The notes beneath the pieces were generated by a model. It did not search any database and was not told the DNA's origin. It saw nothing but the letters and a program-made list of their open reading frames with translations. The translations under genes were made by a program, and so were the position numbers. Below are positions 12,184 through 24,850 of a stretch of DNA of 43,344 nucleotides, one piece after another; position 1 is the stretch's first letter; every line of letters begins with the position of its first letter. The stretch covers positions 1 through 43,344 of the forward strand of contig JNEM01008146.1 in the NCBI GenBank assembly GCA_000697335.1, read 5' to 3'. This DNA is from Conidiobolus incongruus B7586. Its lineage: Eukaryota.

Positions 12184-13317
12184 TTACATCAATAATCCAA
12201 CTAAAAATACGGTAACCATGGCCAAGGAGCCTTGGGCAGCTAATTGAAGAGCACCGCTGCTATCTTTGCCTAAAGAACCGTCTTGGGGTTTGGGGTCGGC
12301 GACACCAGCTTTACAACCGGCGGAGCTCTTACCACCCTTGACAGCAGTTTGAATATTCTTCATATTGTCACAATTGAAATCACTGTTTTTGGTTTGGATG
12401 CTCCAAGTGCCTTGAATGGTTTGAATTTTAGGGAGCTTAATGCTTTCCAAATTTCCAGAGAGATCCAAAGCGCCAGAAATAGTCTTCAAGCTAGGGAGGT
12501 CGATGGAAGTGAGTGCAGTGTTATTGGCGACAAGGAAACCACCATTGATGGTTTCCAAATCGGGGATTTCAAGAGACTTAATGTTGGGATTACCGACGAC
12601 ACTCAAAGCACCATTACACTTCTTCAAGTTGGGTAAAGAGAAGTTCTTAGCAGAGTTACCGGCAAAATTGATGAAGTTATTCACGTTAGTAAGAGAACCA
12701 AAATCGACGGAGGTAAGATTGGCAATGGTGCAATTACCACCGATGTCGGTCAACTTGGGGAAACTAGCAGAAAGAGAGGGGTGGTTACCACTGACAAACA
12801 AATATCCAGCCAATTTTTGAAGGCTACCAAGCTCAATTTGGGTCAAGTTTCCGTTACCAGAGAAAGTCAAACGATCAGCAGATTGAATAGAAAGACCAGA
12901 GATACTGGTCATAGCGTTGTTAGTAAAGTCAATGTTTTTGGCGGAGGTGATATTGGTGATTTGAAGCTTATTTAAGTTGGGGTTGTTCCAGAAAACAAGG
13001 TCTTTGACTCTTTGCAATTGGGTCAAATCAAGGACGGTTAATTGGACGTTGTCAGTAACCCTGATGGTTTCAATTTTTTGAACGCTGGGTACACCAAAGG
13101 TAACAAGATTTTGAGTTTTAGTGATGGAAATACTTTCAACTTGACCTAAGTTGGGAAGCTTGACCTCAGTTACATCTTCACCAGAGACAGATAAGGATTT
13201 GGCTTCACTACAACCCTCAAACTTGCCAACATCACCGTTAGATTTGATTTCGATGTTATCACATTGAGCGGTTAAAGAGCCCACTAAAAGAAATAAAGAG
13301 ACTAAAAATTTATTCAT
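12184..13317 (-). CDS. ECM33: ECM33/SPS2-family GPI-anchored cell-wall protein (receptor-L-domain-like repeats)
   Basis: Signal peptide, repeated LPxLxxIxG units (FPKLTDIGG, IPDLETINGG, LPSLKTISG), and a C-terminal GPI signal (DSSG plus hydrophobic tail). The symbol denotes the family, not proven orthology. Confidence 0.85.
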   Translation of the reverse strand: MNKFLVSLFLLVGSLTAQCDNIEIKSNGDVGKFEGCSEAKSLSVSGEDVTEVKLPNLGQVESISITKTQNLVTFGVPSVQKIETIRVTDNVQLTVLDLTQLQRVKDLVFWNNPNLNKLQITNITSAKNIDFTNNAMTSISGLSIQSADRLTFSGNGNLTQIELGSLQKLAGYLFVSGNHPSLSASFPKLTDIGGNCTIANLTSVDFGSLTNVNNFINFAGNSAKNFSLPNLKKCNGALSVVGNPNIKSLEIPDLETINGGFLVANNTALTSIDLPSLKTISGALDLSGNLESIKLPKIQTIQGTWSIQTKNSDFNCDNMKNIQTAVKGGKSSAGCKAGVADPKPQDGSLGKDSSGALQLAAQGSLAMVTVFLVGLLM

Positions 13318-16300
13318 ATTGGATTATTCAATAATCGATCAATCAAAAAAACGAATAAAAGTATCAAGTCAAAGGTTCCGTAGAGTGTATTTATATGATT
13401 TCATTTAACATTCGACGATAGTGAATTTTTACTCATATGATCACCACTATAGCATCAATTCATGAATCAAGCTAACCAAATCAAATCAAATCAACTTTTA
13501 TTGGATTTTTCTGGAGTGGAATATTACTCAACTCATGAATTATTCACTGTGTTTAAACAAACCCCATTCATTCAGAAATAAGTATAAATACACCAAGACA
13601 CACTAGTTATCAAAGTCCTCTCTAATATTACACTATTCTTATTAATTAACGCCATTAATAACTCTAAATTATTATCAGCATGTAATAGTGAATTTTATTT
13701 GTACTCATTTAAATATATTTTTATAGAAATTTTTATATATTCCTCATAAAAAGTGTAAAATTATCTGTTAGTTTATCCAATCAAAATAATATATTATAAA
13801 CCGGATTTTTCCAATTAGTCTAAAAATCTGAATTTGGAATCAATAGGACAAAAAATATGAAATATTTAATTTGATAAATGTGCCTTTGTGCATTGAACTA
13901 AGGAAGAATTAAGCACATTATCAATATAAACTTAATCAATATCAAGCATTCAATCCGATTGGGTAAGTGAAAATCGAGCAAAATTTAGAATTAAACCAGG
14001 CAATGTTTGATTTTAAAAATTCATGTTCACAATGCTTGATGATAGTATTTTTGCATCATAATAAATAATCCTTGTATCCAATATATGACAAGCTTGAAAT
14101 CACACAAACCCAACAAATATTATCCACCCACCCTAATAATTTAACTTCACTCAGTTCGTAAATAACTGGTCTATCGCTAACTATAATTTACTAACTCAAG
14201 TCATTTTAACTTTATTATCTCCCCCATACTTACTAAATGATATTATCTATCCATTACATTATTAACCTAAATCACCAAGAAATTTACTCTCCATTAACTT
14301 TCAAATCTTTGACACTCTACTTAATTAATTTAGTGCCAAAAAACGCAATTTCAAATACTCCCAAACCCATTCCAAAAATTTTTAAATAAAAGGTGAAATG
14401 CTTGAATTTTCTCTCTCTTTGTGTTAATATACTGCAAAAATTCAGTCGAATTTGTGAGAATTGAAATGTAACTGCTATATCTATAAAACAGGTTCATTAA
14501 TTTAGCTAGGAGAAAAGTTTGTTAATAGTGATTGTTAGTCTTTCATTGATTAAATTATTTTACGTTTAAATTGTTAATTGATGATTTTTATCAAAAATTT
14601 TTACCAAATTGATGCAGTATGGTATAAACGCAGTGGATTAACCTATTTGGCATATTCTATAGTTTGATTAATTAGTTTTATTGGTATAAAGATTAAATTA
14701 TTTTGATCGTAAAAATTCGAAATTATTTTTAAAATTTAATAGTAAGCTAATAATAAATGTTATCATAATAATAGTAGTTGAAACTGTTCAAGTTTACCAT
14801 TTAAATTAATCAAAATTTGATCAGTCTTTAATGAAATATAAATTAAAATATAATCAAAAATTATAAACAAATGTGCTCATATAATGGATTTTAAATATTT
14901 CAAAATTGGCTAGTTATATAATTTACCTACTGCTTACTGAAGCAACTGAATGATAATTTTGAAACTTTATAATCTTAGTAATTATTTGGTATTTGGCTAT
15001 AGAATTTTTTCAAATATTGGATAATAAACAACTTTTGAGTTATTATGATATAATTATTGATATATGAACTACTGAATTGTTTATATTTTTTGAATGAAAA
15101 TAAATAAACTGCAACAGTTTACCAAGGCTTTAGCATGAGTTATCATTTAAAATTGTAAGCAATTCTGTATAATTAATTTTTCAGCGTTGAATTGAGAAAA
15201 TAATTTCAGATATATGATTTTTTATCAGTATATACATTGAACCTAATATATTTAAGTAATACATAATATATAATAAACAGATTGAAAATCAAAAATACAA
15301 TTTAGCTAGTTCAAACTTCTGAGAGATAATCTAAAATTTAATGTTTAAAATAATAATTATAATTTACAAAATTGGCATAACTTGTTATATTTTGTATTGA
15401 AACATAGTTCTCTAAATACCAATCAATATAGCTATATCAATGTACTTTTATATTTTGATAATTTAGATATTTCTATATTGATTTAAAGTTTGAATTGAAT
15501 GTTATAATATATTTTTTCAAATGTCTTAAATTAATTTATTTATTATCAATATTTGAAATTTTTAAATTGAACTATATGATATTTATTAAATATAATATTA
15601 CTAGCTAAAAGGAGCAGAATTTAATCATAATTTAAAATATTTAGATTAATACCAATGATAGACTATATCTTAGGAAATATTTATAAACTAATTACTTGTT
15701 AATTGATATAATTGAATGCTTATAGTGTAAGAGTATTGTGATGATTCAACTTTATTAGGTATATAAATAACTAAATTATTCGAAATGAATAATTATAAAT
15801 ATTTTCATCAGGTATAATTTTGTATAAATTTATTATAATAATTTGCTATATAATGCAGAATTATTTATTCATTTTTGAATATTTTGTTTTTATGGTTATT
15901 TCCATTTTTTATCATATTTTTTGTTTATCTAAAATTAAAATTCAATCAGCAAAACATACTTATTATATTATCTTATATACCTAACTCTTAATATTTAATT
16001 TCAAAAATATCTTCTATATTTATTACATAAATTAAATTATAAAAAATATATTAATTAATAACTCAATATTTGGTTATTTTATGTTATTTAATATCAATTC
16101 TTGTACAATAATTGATTTTGATATAATTGATTAAATATTCATTTTATTTAACCATTATAAAACAATGAGGCCACTTTAAATAAATAAATAGTTGTAGAAA
16201 GGTATTTAAATTTTTTTAATAATTATCAATTACATAGCCGAAATTGATATATAAATATATAGGTTATTTCTTGTATATTTTAATATCTAAATTTTCCTAG

Positions 16301-16510
16301 CTTGTAAGTGTTTATTAGGTTCATATATTGTATATCACTTGAACAATTACTTATAATCCTTTGATTCAGTATTCTACCTTTGAAATGTTCAATTAATTAA
16401 TTACACATATTATATATGTTTATATCATATATTGGTACTTGAAATTGTGAATTGATTTTTAAAATTAGTTATGACCAATTTCAAATTGGAGATTGATTAA
16501 CTCAAAATAA

Positions 16511-17570
16511 TTAAGCTCTAGTCTTATACCATTTTCTCAATCCAATTGATACAGCACAACCAACAATTAATAAAGTATCCAATATCGTATAAAAGTCTGG
16601 AATTTGGTGAAATATAGTAATTCCAAATATGAAGGCAAACACTACATCCAGATTGCGCATGAGTGATCCCGGACACATGGGTGCGATTTGGAGGCCTGAG
16701 TTTAAGAGACGTTGGCCAGCACATGCTGTGATCCCAATCATGAATAAGATAAAACCGCCATGTTTGAAGCCGACGAAAGCTAATTAATCGAGATTGTATG
16801 CCATAATGAAGGAAAATATAGAACTACAGATGCGCAAGTAATTTGATGTAAAAAATGGATGGATATGCCCAATTTTTGCACTATCAAATAAGCAAACGAT
16901 GCAGTGATTTCCCCAAGAATAGCGGCTGCAATTCACACGGATCTTTTATATGTGTCTTCGGGTGATATGGTTAGATTGGATGTTGGGTCGATATCCACTA
17001 GAAATGATGGTTTACTTAAAAGTGTGACACCAAATAAACAGAGTGCTAGGACTATAAAATCTCAGCCACCAAATGGTTCTTTCAGTAGGATTGCTGCAAA
17101 GATGCCGGTGAACATGGGATCAGTGAAAAATAGTACTAAAATAATTAGAAAATTATTCAGTTTAATATATAACATCGTAATGCTTAGCTGCTGCATCAGC
17201 GAAAGGTAAATAAGTGATTGAATAATAATAGAGAGCAAGTCCCAAACAATCAAAAAACCCACGAAGCCAAAGTCAACCCCTTAAATGTCTAGGACTAAAA
17301 ATCGGAATACCAAAATATACACTCACAATAGCACTAAAAGTAAACTGAAGAATAATTCGTGAGTATACAATTCGAAATGTAGAAAAATAACCACTTCATA
17401 ATTTCACGAACAGATTGTTAATGGAATAGGCTAAGGATGATAGTACCATAAATAGAATACCGTTGATTTCGGTTTTGCGTTCATTATTTCCTGTAATATT
17501 TAAATTCATAGTGTTGATAGATAAGTGATGAGTATATTGAGTTTGAATTAAAATTTCTTGATCTGGCATT
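16511..17570 (-). pseudogene. EamA/DMT (SLC35G-like) membrane transporter pseudogene, copy 1
   Basis: Fragments GILFMVLSSLAYS, LWLRGFF, LPFADA, FTGIFAAILLKEPF, SLMRNLDVVFAFIFG. In-frame TGA at 17396, 17273, 17062 and 16933, a frameshift near 16845, a TAA near 16786, and an apparently mutated intron donor near 17187. 5' limit approximate. Confidence 0.85.
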
Positions 17571-17889
17571 ATTAATGTTAAAATCAATCAGTATTCACAA
17601 TTTTAACTCTATCAAATTAATTTGAAATATTGGTTATGAATTTTTTATGGAGAATGGCTGATATTAAGGTAGTGATCTACCTTTTATGCTGTAGAATATA
17701 TTGATAGATATTTGTCATCAAATTAAATAATGATAAAACCATTAATAAAATCAAGTGATCATTAATTTTTCAATTAAAGATTAAGAAAATGTGTTTAGAT
17801 AAAGTATAATAAATTTTCAGTCTTTTTAAAAAAATGAATGATTAAAAATAGTTTAGAAAAAAATATTTATTCAATCAATTAATATATAT

Positions 17890-18940
17890 CTAATGTTTAA
17901 ACACGTGCAAAATATTTTTTAACCAAGTAGCCAAAGCACGTCCAACAATCAAGAAAGTTCCCAAAACAGAGTAAATATTGGGAATCTCATTGAATATCGT
18001 AATACTATAAATAAAAGCAAATATGACTTCTACATTTCTCATCAAATTACCAGAATCTGCGGGTGGTGATTGAAGTTCTAAGTTTAGGAGATATTGACCA
18101 GTGCATGCAATAATTCTAAGTACTAGAAGAATTAGGATACTTTGGCTTAGATGAACTGGAACGAATTGGTGTTGAATGTATGCCATTATGAATGAAAATA
18201 GACTGCTTGATAATCCAAAATATATTACATGTACTAATATATGGGCATTTCTACCTAATTCACGAAATATAACATATGCTAAAGCAGATAGGATTGCATC
18301 TATCAGTACTGCTAAAGATCCTGAATCGCGATTCCAATTTTGATCAATTGATCTATTAAGTGTGATTGGTGTGCTAGCATTCAATAAAAATGAAGGTTTA
18401 CTGCATAGTACCACTTAATATACATAGAAACTAAGTAATAAAGTCCAATTTACTAAATTTTTCGCCTAGCAATATAGCTACAAAAATACTTGTAAACATT
18501 GGGCCTATAAAGAAGATTACTACCATATTGAATTAATAATTAGTAAGACAAGGCTAATGAAGATAATTTATCTATAGCATATGCCATGGGTAACAAAGTC
18601 AATGAAATGTAAAACAAAGCATTCACCGAACTTCCTAACAAACATTTCAGCTACAGCCATCCCCATAATTGTCTAGGTTCAAAAGATATCAATACCCAAC
18701 TAATAACTCTACAGTATACCAAGTGCTAGTTGGAATGAACTTTTGGAGAAGATGAATTGAAGTGCTGGAAAGTAGGCACTACCAAATTTGTCGAATAATC
18801 CGCTGATGGAGAATGCTAATGCTAATAATGCCATGTATAGAAGATCTCATGTATATTTGGTATTGTAGTTGGGTTGGATATTTGATACTTGAGTAACTAG
18901 TGTTTGTGTCGAATGTTTCAATTAGGGATCCCTGATCTGG
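17890..18940 (-). pseudogene. EamA/DMT (SLC35G-like) membrane transporter pseudogene, copy 2
   Basis: Colinear with copy 1: LLYMALLALAFSISGLFDKFGSAYF, QLWGWL*LK, FFIGPMFTSIFVAILLGEKF, NLMRNVEVIFAFIYSI. Several TAG stops and frameshifts lie upstream of the 174-aa ORF. 5' limit approximate. Confidence 0.82.
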
Positions 18941-19366
18941 TATATTGACAAATTAATGCATGTTATATTGATTTAATAATTTAATACTATCTCATCAATC
19001 AATGGCACAAATTCTTTGATTAATTTCAAAATTGGACTTATCAGTATTTATATCATTAATTTTTAAATATTGGATCCACGTATCATTTAAATAATAACCA
19101 CATGATAATCTCTGAACCAAATTATGTCAAAATTATATTACCATTGATTATATTCATTTTATAAGTTCAATTCTTATATAGATCATTAATTAATTTGATA
19201 ATCATTATCTAGAACGTTTAAGTTGATATATTCATCTCAATAAATCGAATCTGAAATATTTCTAACAAATTAATAATTATATAGGATGAAAAAAATATTT
19301 ATATTATCTAATAAATTAATCTATTTATAAGTTCATACTAATATCAATTTTAAAATTACTACACAA

Positions 19367-20449
19367 TTATGAGAACATTCTACTCAATACATTGTCCATA
19401 TCCCCATCCGAACTCTTGGGTTCTTTTGATTTACCCTCTTTGACACCCTTGCTCTGCATCTTCAATTTATGTTTAATCTTCTTGATTTGACGATTACTCA
19501 ATTCACTCTCTTGTACTTCACGTTGATCGAATTCTCGCTTGAATTTTTGTTTGGGATCATCTTCAGTGGTGATACCTTGTTCTTTGCGTTTCTTCTCAAA
19601 ATGTTGAATACGATTAGCTAGTTCTACCTTGTCGCTATATTGGCTAACTTCTTTACGTCCTTGTTGAATTTCGAAAGTTAGGAGTTGGTTACGAGCCGCT
19701 TTGTCATAATCTAAAATTATATAGATTAATATGTATCAGTATAGTATAATTATAATACAATTACCCATTCTTTCAGTTAAGTGGTGCCATTTAAATTTTG
19801 GTAAATACTTTAAATTCCATAAATCTTCGTGATGAAAACTACGTTTTTTGGGATCTATTGATAATTATATAAGATAATGAATATATATTAGATATTAAAC
19901 TCACTTACTCATAGGTGTAGTATTCAAAAAAGCGGCAAAAGCTTTAGCTTTCTTCTTATCTTCAAACTCTACCCAACCTTCCGTAAACCTTCTATCGCTA
20001 CCACCACCAGTAGCCTTCCTGCGATTCTTACTGTGTATATCTTCAGGTGCCAAATAAATACGGCCGATTTTAGCGCCCCTCTCCTCCAAGAGGGATCTTA
20101 ATTTGGAGGGCTTTAATCTTGGAGGAATGCGACTAATGTACACAACACCGGATTTGGCTATTTTTTGGTTGTAAGCTTCTAAATCTTTGATTTGGTTCTT
20201 TTTGGATTTTTTGGATCGGGATTTTCCTTGGGTTTCTTCTGTTATTTCGTCTGATCTATCAACGTTTTCATTATCTTCTTCTTTTTCTTTTTCTACTTCA
20301 TTATCAGAATTATGTTCATTTTCTTCTTGATTTTGGTCATGTTCTTTATCTAATTTTGGTTGTTGAACATTATCATCTTCATCATCCCATCCCGAGACGT
20401 CAAATCGACTATCGTCATTAATTACTTGTAATGAATTCTTTTTAACCAT
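19367..20449 (-). CDS. ESF2: pre-rRNA-processing protein Esf2/ABT1, 3 exons
   Basis: [10 protein letters not shown] and [11 protein letters not shown] motifs; exon 2 (19854-19765) encodes [18 protein letters not shown]; introns 19908-19855 and 19764-19711; stop at 19367-19369. Confidence 0.95.
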
Positions 20450-21184
20450 TTTTCTATTATTATTATTAGTTATTTTTCTATTTAATTCAAGAAAAATCCA
20501 ACTGTTGAGATAATGAATATAATGGTATCAAAAGTGATGAAATTATGGGATTCAAAATATTTCATTTTTATTCAAATTAATTAAATTTTCAAAAATACTA
20601 TCTTAAGCAAATGTTTTGTTTTAAATAATCAATCTGAATTGAAATCTACATACTTATTATCTTTGCATTGATATCTATATTTGTTATTGTCGCCATCATT
20701 TTATAATCAGGATGTCTCTAGTTTACTTGTTTATAAAAACCTTATTGAGTTTAATCAAACTTTGGTTATTTACAAAATTTGGAATTTCATAATAAATGAT
20801 ACAAATTTTAAATTCATTCAATATATAATATTATAAACTTTTGTTTATATAAATTAAGAAATCAAATTTAATTTTTTCTATTGATATCAAAAAGAATTAT
20901 TTTGAAGATATAATACAAATGTAGTAAAATAAGAAAATAATTATATCCAGTTATTATAAGATTTTTTTGAATCTAGTATCTTTAATAATATGCGAATTAT
21001 AATTTATTGTTAGAAAATTTATTATATAATAAAACTTTGATTTATTGTTAATTGTTTTACATTGCTTTGAAACTTGCATTCATATCAATATCTATTAAAT
21101 AATTGTTTAGGATATTGAAAATTTAGAGAATAGAATATAATTTATTCAAAATATAATATAAAAGAGATTAACTAATAACAAAAT

Positions 21185-21616
21185 TTAAGGAAACTGAGTC
21201 TTAAGAATGGTAATAGTCAACAGCCCATTCTTCAACTCAACTTTTTGATCTTGGGTATTAGCATAAGGAGAAAATGAGATCTTTCTTTCAAACTTATAAA
21301 TAGGTCTTTCATCAATCAACACCTGATACCCTTCATAGCTAGGATCTCTCTTGATATCACCGCTTACAATCACTTCATTATTGGACTGAAAATCTAAATT
21401 TATTTCTTCCAATCCGATGCCTACAATTTCTAATTCGATGACGACCTGATTCAGATTTTCGTACATGTTCATGGAGGGTCCTCCGATGGTGAGATCGCAG
21501 TATTTGGCTATCTTACGATTGAGACTAAAATTTTTGCAGCTGTTGAGTCCAATATGAGGGTTAGGATTAGGGCATCCAGTGGAAATGGGAGTCTTTTCAC
21601 TAATGTTGGCAGACAT
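21185..21616 (-). CDS. small heat-shock protein (Hsp20/alpha-crystallin domain), divergent
   Basis: PSMNMYE, VIVSG, ERPIYKFERKISF and ELKNGLLTITILK match the alpha-crystallin pattern. Confidence 0.85.
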   Translation of the reverse strand: MSANISEKTPISTGCPNPNPHIGLNSCKNFSLNRKIAKYCDLTIGGPSMNMYENLNQVVIELEIVGIGLEEINLDFQSNNEVIVSGDIKRDPSYEGYQVLIDERPIYKFERKISFSPYANTQDQKVELKNGLLTITILKTQFP

Positions 21617-23667
21617 TGTTGTTATTGAATCACTTGTGTTTGTGATGATATTTTACATTACTACAGTTATATTTATATCAAATGAATCAACTCTCAAACT
21701 ATTGAATATAACATATAGGTATTACTTGACTAATTTTTATTGGCTAATTAACATGATGTTTTTGCCTTCTTGGATCTACGTAACATATATTGGATAAAAT
21801 GATTTTGAAGCTGATCAATTTTATTCATTGTAGCTTTTCTTCAACGATTTATCTCATTTATTACACCAAATCTTAAAATTTCTTTAGAAACTAAATCATC
21901 ATCGTCATCCATTCACAATTCTCCAATTTCATTGATATTCTTTGGCTTACTAAGGTTGATATTATTTAAATTTTAGAATGTCTTTGACCTTGAAAACAAT
22001 ATACTACTGCTATTTCAAAATGCTTAGAAATTAGAGTTGAGCTATTGTGGAATAAAAAGTTCTGATAATAAATTGCAAAATATCCAAAACAATACTTATA
22101 TCTCCTATATATAACAATTTTACTATTGGAAAAATAATGCTATTTAATGTTAAAAATTAATGGATTGTTTATATATGAAAATATTCTAAAAAATTGAATA
22201 TCAAATTTTTGGCTCATCATTCTCCAAACAATTTGAAACAGAGAGAGTAAAATACAATTATTTTATAATTATTAATATAAAAATAGAGTTTATTATTAAT
22301 TATTATCATCATCATTAATTAACAAAACATCGTTACTATATTGTAATTTAGGATTAATATAATGAAGGCAAAATTATATACTTGGTTTTCTAATATGATT
22401 TAATTATAAAAATTGATACAAAAAAGTTTTGAAGATAACTGTTTAGTTATATAATCATATGTAGATAATATCAATGTATATTAAATATATAATAAATGAT
22501 GTTAGATAATATGAATACATTTCCAAAATATAATTTATTAAAATTTTTTTTGAAAATTTTAGGAATATAATTATTCCAACATATATCTGTTATAAGAACA
22601 TCAAAATGTGATGGAATCAACCAAATTAATAATACTAAATCAATATAGAATTATATTCAATAAAATTTAAAAAGTTAGAATTATTGGGAATTATATAATT
22701 TGATATATCTGTTCCTTATTTAATTACTGCATTATTAATATCACTTTTCATATTAATTTAGAATTAAAAAATTTAATTATATCCTAAATTTTTTATCATT
22801 TTTAATTATTTCAAATATAAAATAACATCTTGACGATTTTTATCCAGCTTAATTCAAAATGTTGAATTAATTATAATTAATTGAGAATAATGATGATTTA
22901 ATATTTATTAAATATCACCTAAAGAATTCGTACTTTACATATTTCACTAAAATCCACACATTTTTTAGAATAAAATTTTAAATTTTGAAGTGAAGAATTT
23001 TATATTAATTTATATGATTACTGATAAAGTAAGATATGTTAAGATATATTCAAGTATTTAAAATAAAATTATTTAAAAAAATATCAAAATTTAAGGTTGA
23101 ATTATACTAATGATTGAAAAAATGGAATGTACATAGAATCTTCTAAAATATCAATCATGATATGTTTAGGTCATTTTATTTTACATCAAATTTATTTTGA
23201 AATATAGTAACAATTTTATTAATTCTACTCAAATTCATTAATAATACGTAATTTTAAATTAAAATAACTCCTAACATACTTTTAAATTAAAAATCTGGTA
23301 ATAATTGTAGCATTACCATGAAGATATTTTCTTAAAATATATTCCAAAAAATTTTAATTTGTCTTCATAAAAAATGAGTTTCATTTAAATGAAGGGTTCG
23401 GAAGTGTTTGAATTATTGACCAAAGCGATATCAATCAATCTAACATAAAAAATAATGAAAATATTTAATATAATTAATCGAGTATATTTTAAATCTCTTA
23501 ATATGGTCATTATAAAATCATAATTTCTCATTTCGGTAATTATCAAATCATCAAATTATTGTTGGGAAAACGATAATTTATGAAATCATAATTAACTAAT
23601 TAATCCCATAATTATTTAACTTTAGTAAATTATAATGAAATCTCCATAATTTTAATTTGATTATAAA

Positions 23668-24116
23668 GGGGTTTCTTATAACCCTCACTCGACGAATAAT
23701 GGCACCTCAAAGGCTTGTCTATCTATGACATGTCCCGGATTGTTATTTGTCCTCTATCTCGAGTTTCATTGTATGTGCTAAGCTTGACTGCTCTGTGAAG
23801 ATCTATTAACCTCCAAGTCACTTTTCTTACATAGTGGCTGCCCACACTTTGTATACCTGTGTCCTCTGGTTCTTTCTCGTTTTAAGATCACCATCTCATG
23901 TCTGTTTACTTTTGCCTACATCTGTTTTATATACTCCTTTAGCGAGAAATTAAGTGAATTGGGTCCTGTCCCAGGAATTACTACGGTTATCCACTTGGAT
24001 GAATTGGAAATATACTATATGCTTTGTAACTATTACGTATACTTGGTAATTACTAAGTGATACGGCGGTTTTATTATGTCATCCCATAAGTTGTCGAATA
24101 AATCCTTTCCTCATAA
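23668..24116. mobile_element. candidate ~449 bp non-coding insertion (solo LTR-like, retroposed element or structured RNA) between 14-bp direct repeats
   Basis: Abruptly GC-richer, ORF-less island; AATTTGATTATAAA occurs at 23654-23667 and 24117-24130; the two ends are complementary; class unresolved. Confidence 0.5.
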
Positions 24117-24257
24117 AATTTGATTATAAAATCCTCCAACAGTTAAAATTGATAATAAATTATTTAGATAATTTTTATTCAATTATTAACACTACTTATT
24201 AATTGGAATTTGTATTATTTTATTTTATTGTTATTAATAAGTGTTTGAATATTTACA

Positions 24258-24850
24258 ATGGCTAAGAATAAGGGAAAAGTATGTATAAATAATAAACATT
24301 TAAAAAGATAATAAATAATAACGATAATATAATAAATAGGGAGGAAAGAATAGACGTAGAGGAAAGAATGACACTGAAGGAGATAAGCGTGAGTTAGTCT
24401 TCAAGGAAGAAGGTCAAGAGTATGCTCAAGTCCTCAAATTATTGGGTAACGGACGTATCGATGCTCAATGTTTTGATGGTGTCAAGCGTTTAGCTCTTAT
24501 CCGTGGTAAAATGAGAAAGAAGGTCTGGATCAACGCTGGTGACATTGTTCTTTTATCTCTCCGTGACTTCCAAGACGACAAGGCCGACGTTATTCTCAAA
24601 TATAACCCTGATGAAGCTCGTATGCTTAAATCTTATGGTGAACTTCCCGATAATGGTACTTTTTATTATATTTTTCTTTAAGAATTTTTATTAATTAACA
24701 TTTTCAATAGCTCAAATTAACGAAACTACTATGTTCGGTGAAGAAGATGACGATGACGTTGAATTTGACGATGTTGAAATTGATGATGTAATTTTAATAA
24801 CAATATATTTTAATTCTAGTAATTTTAACCTATCTTTAATCTAGATTTAA
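24258..24850 (+). CDS. TIF11: translation initiation factor eIF1A, 4 exons
   Basis: [17 protein letters not shown]...LGNGR...[11 protein letters not shown]...acidic tail ending EIDD|I. Exons 24258-24278, 24340-24655, 24711-24787, 24845-24850. Confidence 0.97.

Noticed and set aside
12283..12975. Antisense ORFs over the ECM33-like gene (likewise over MIA40, PP5, TAF3-like, LRO1 and the ABCB gene)
   Set aside because: Shadow frames caused by codon bias of the real genes; no motifs.
16933..17398. Four consecutive in-frame stops in EamA copy 1 are all TGA, suggesting Sec/Trp recoding or readthrough
   Set aside because: The first two align to Gly and Trp in the paralogue, the gene also has a frameshift, a TAA and a broken donor, and TGA is a normal stop in intact genes here (29241-29243; LRO1). 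Pseudogenisation is simpler.
23668..23690. TAACCCT near the 5' end of the ~450-nt island as a telomerase RNA template
   Set aside because: It reads ATAACCCTCA, only about one TTAGGG repeat with no alignment region, and I could not identify a pseudoknot or CR4/5. Worth revisiting only if the species' telomere repeat matches.
23873..23890. CTCGTTTTAAGATCA resembling the U2 snRNA 5' region
   Set aside because: The invariant GTGTAGTA branch-point recognition sequence does not follow.
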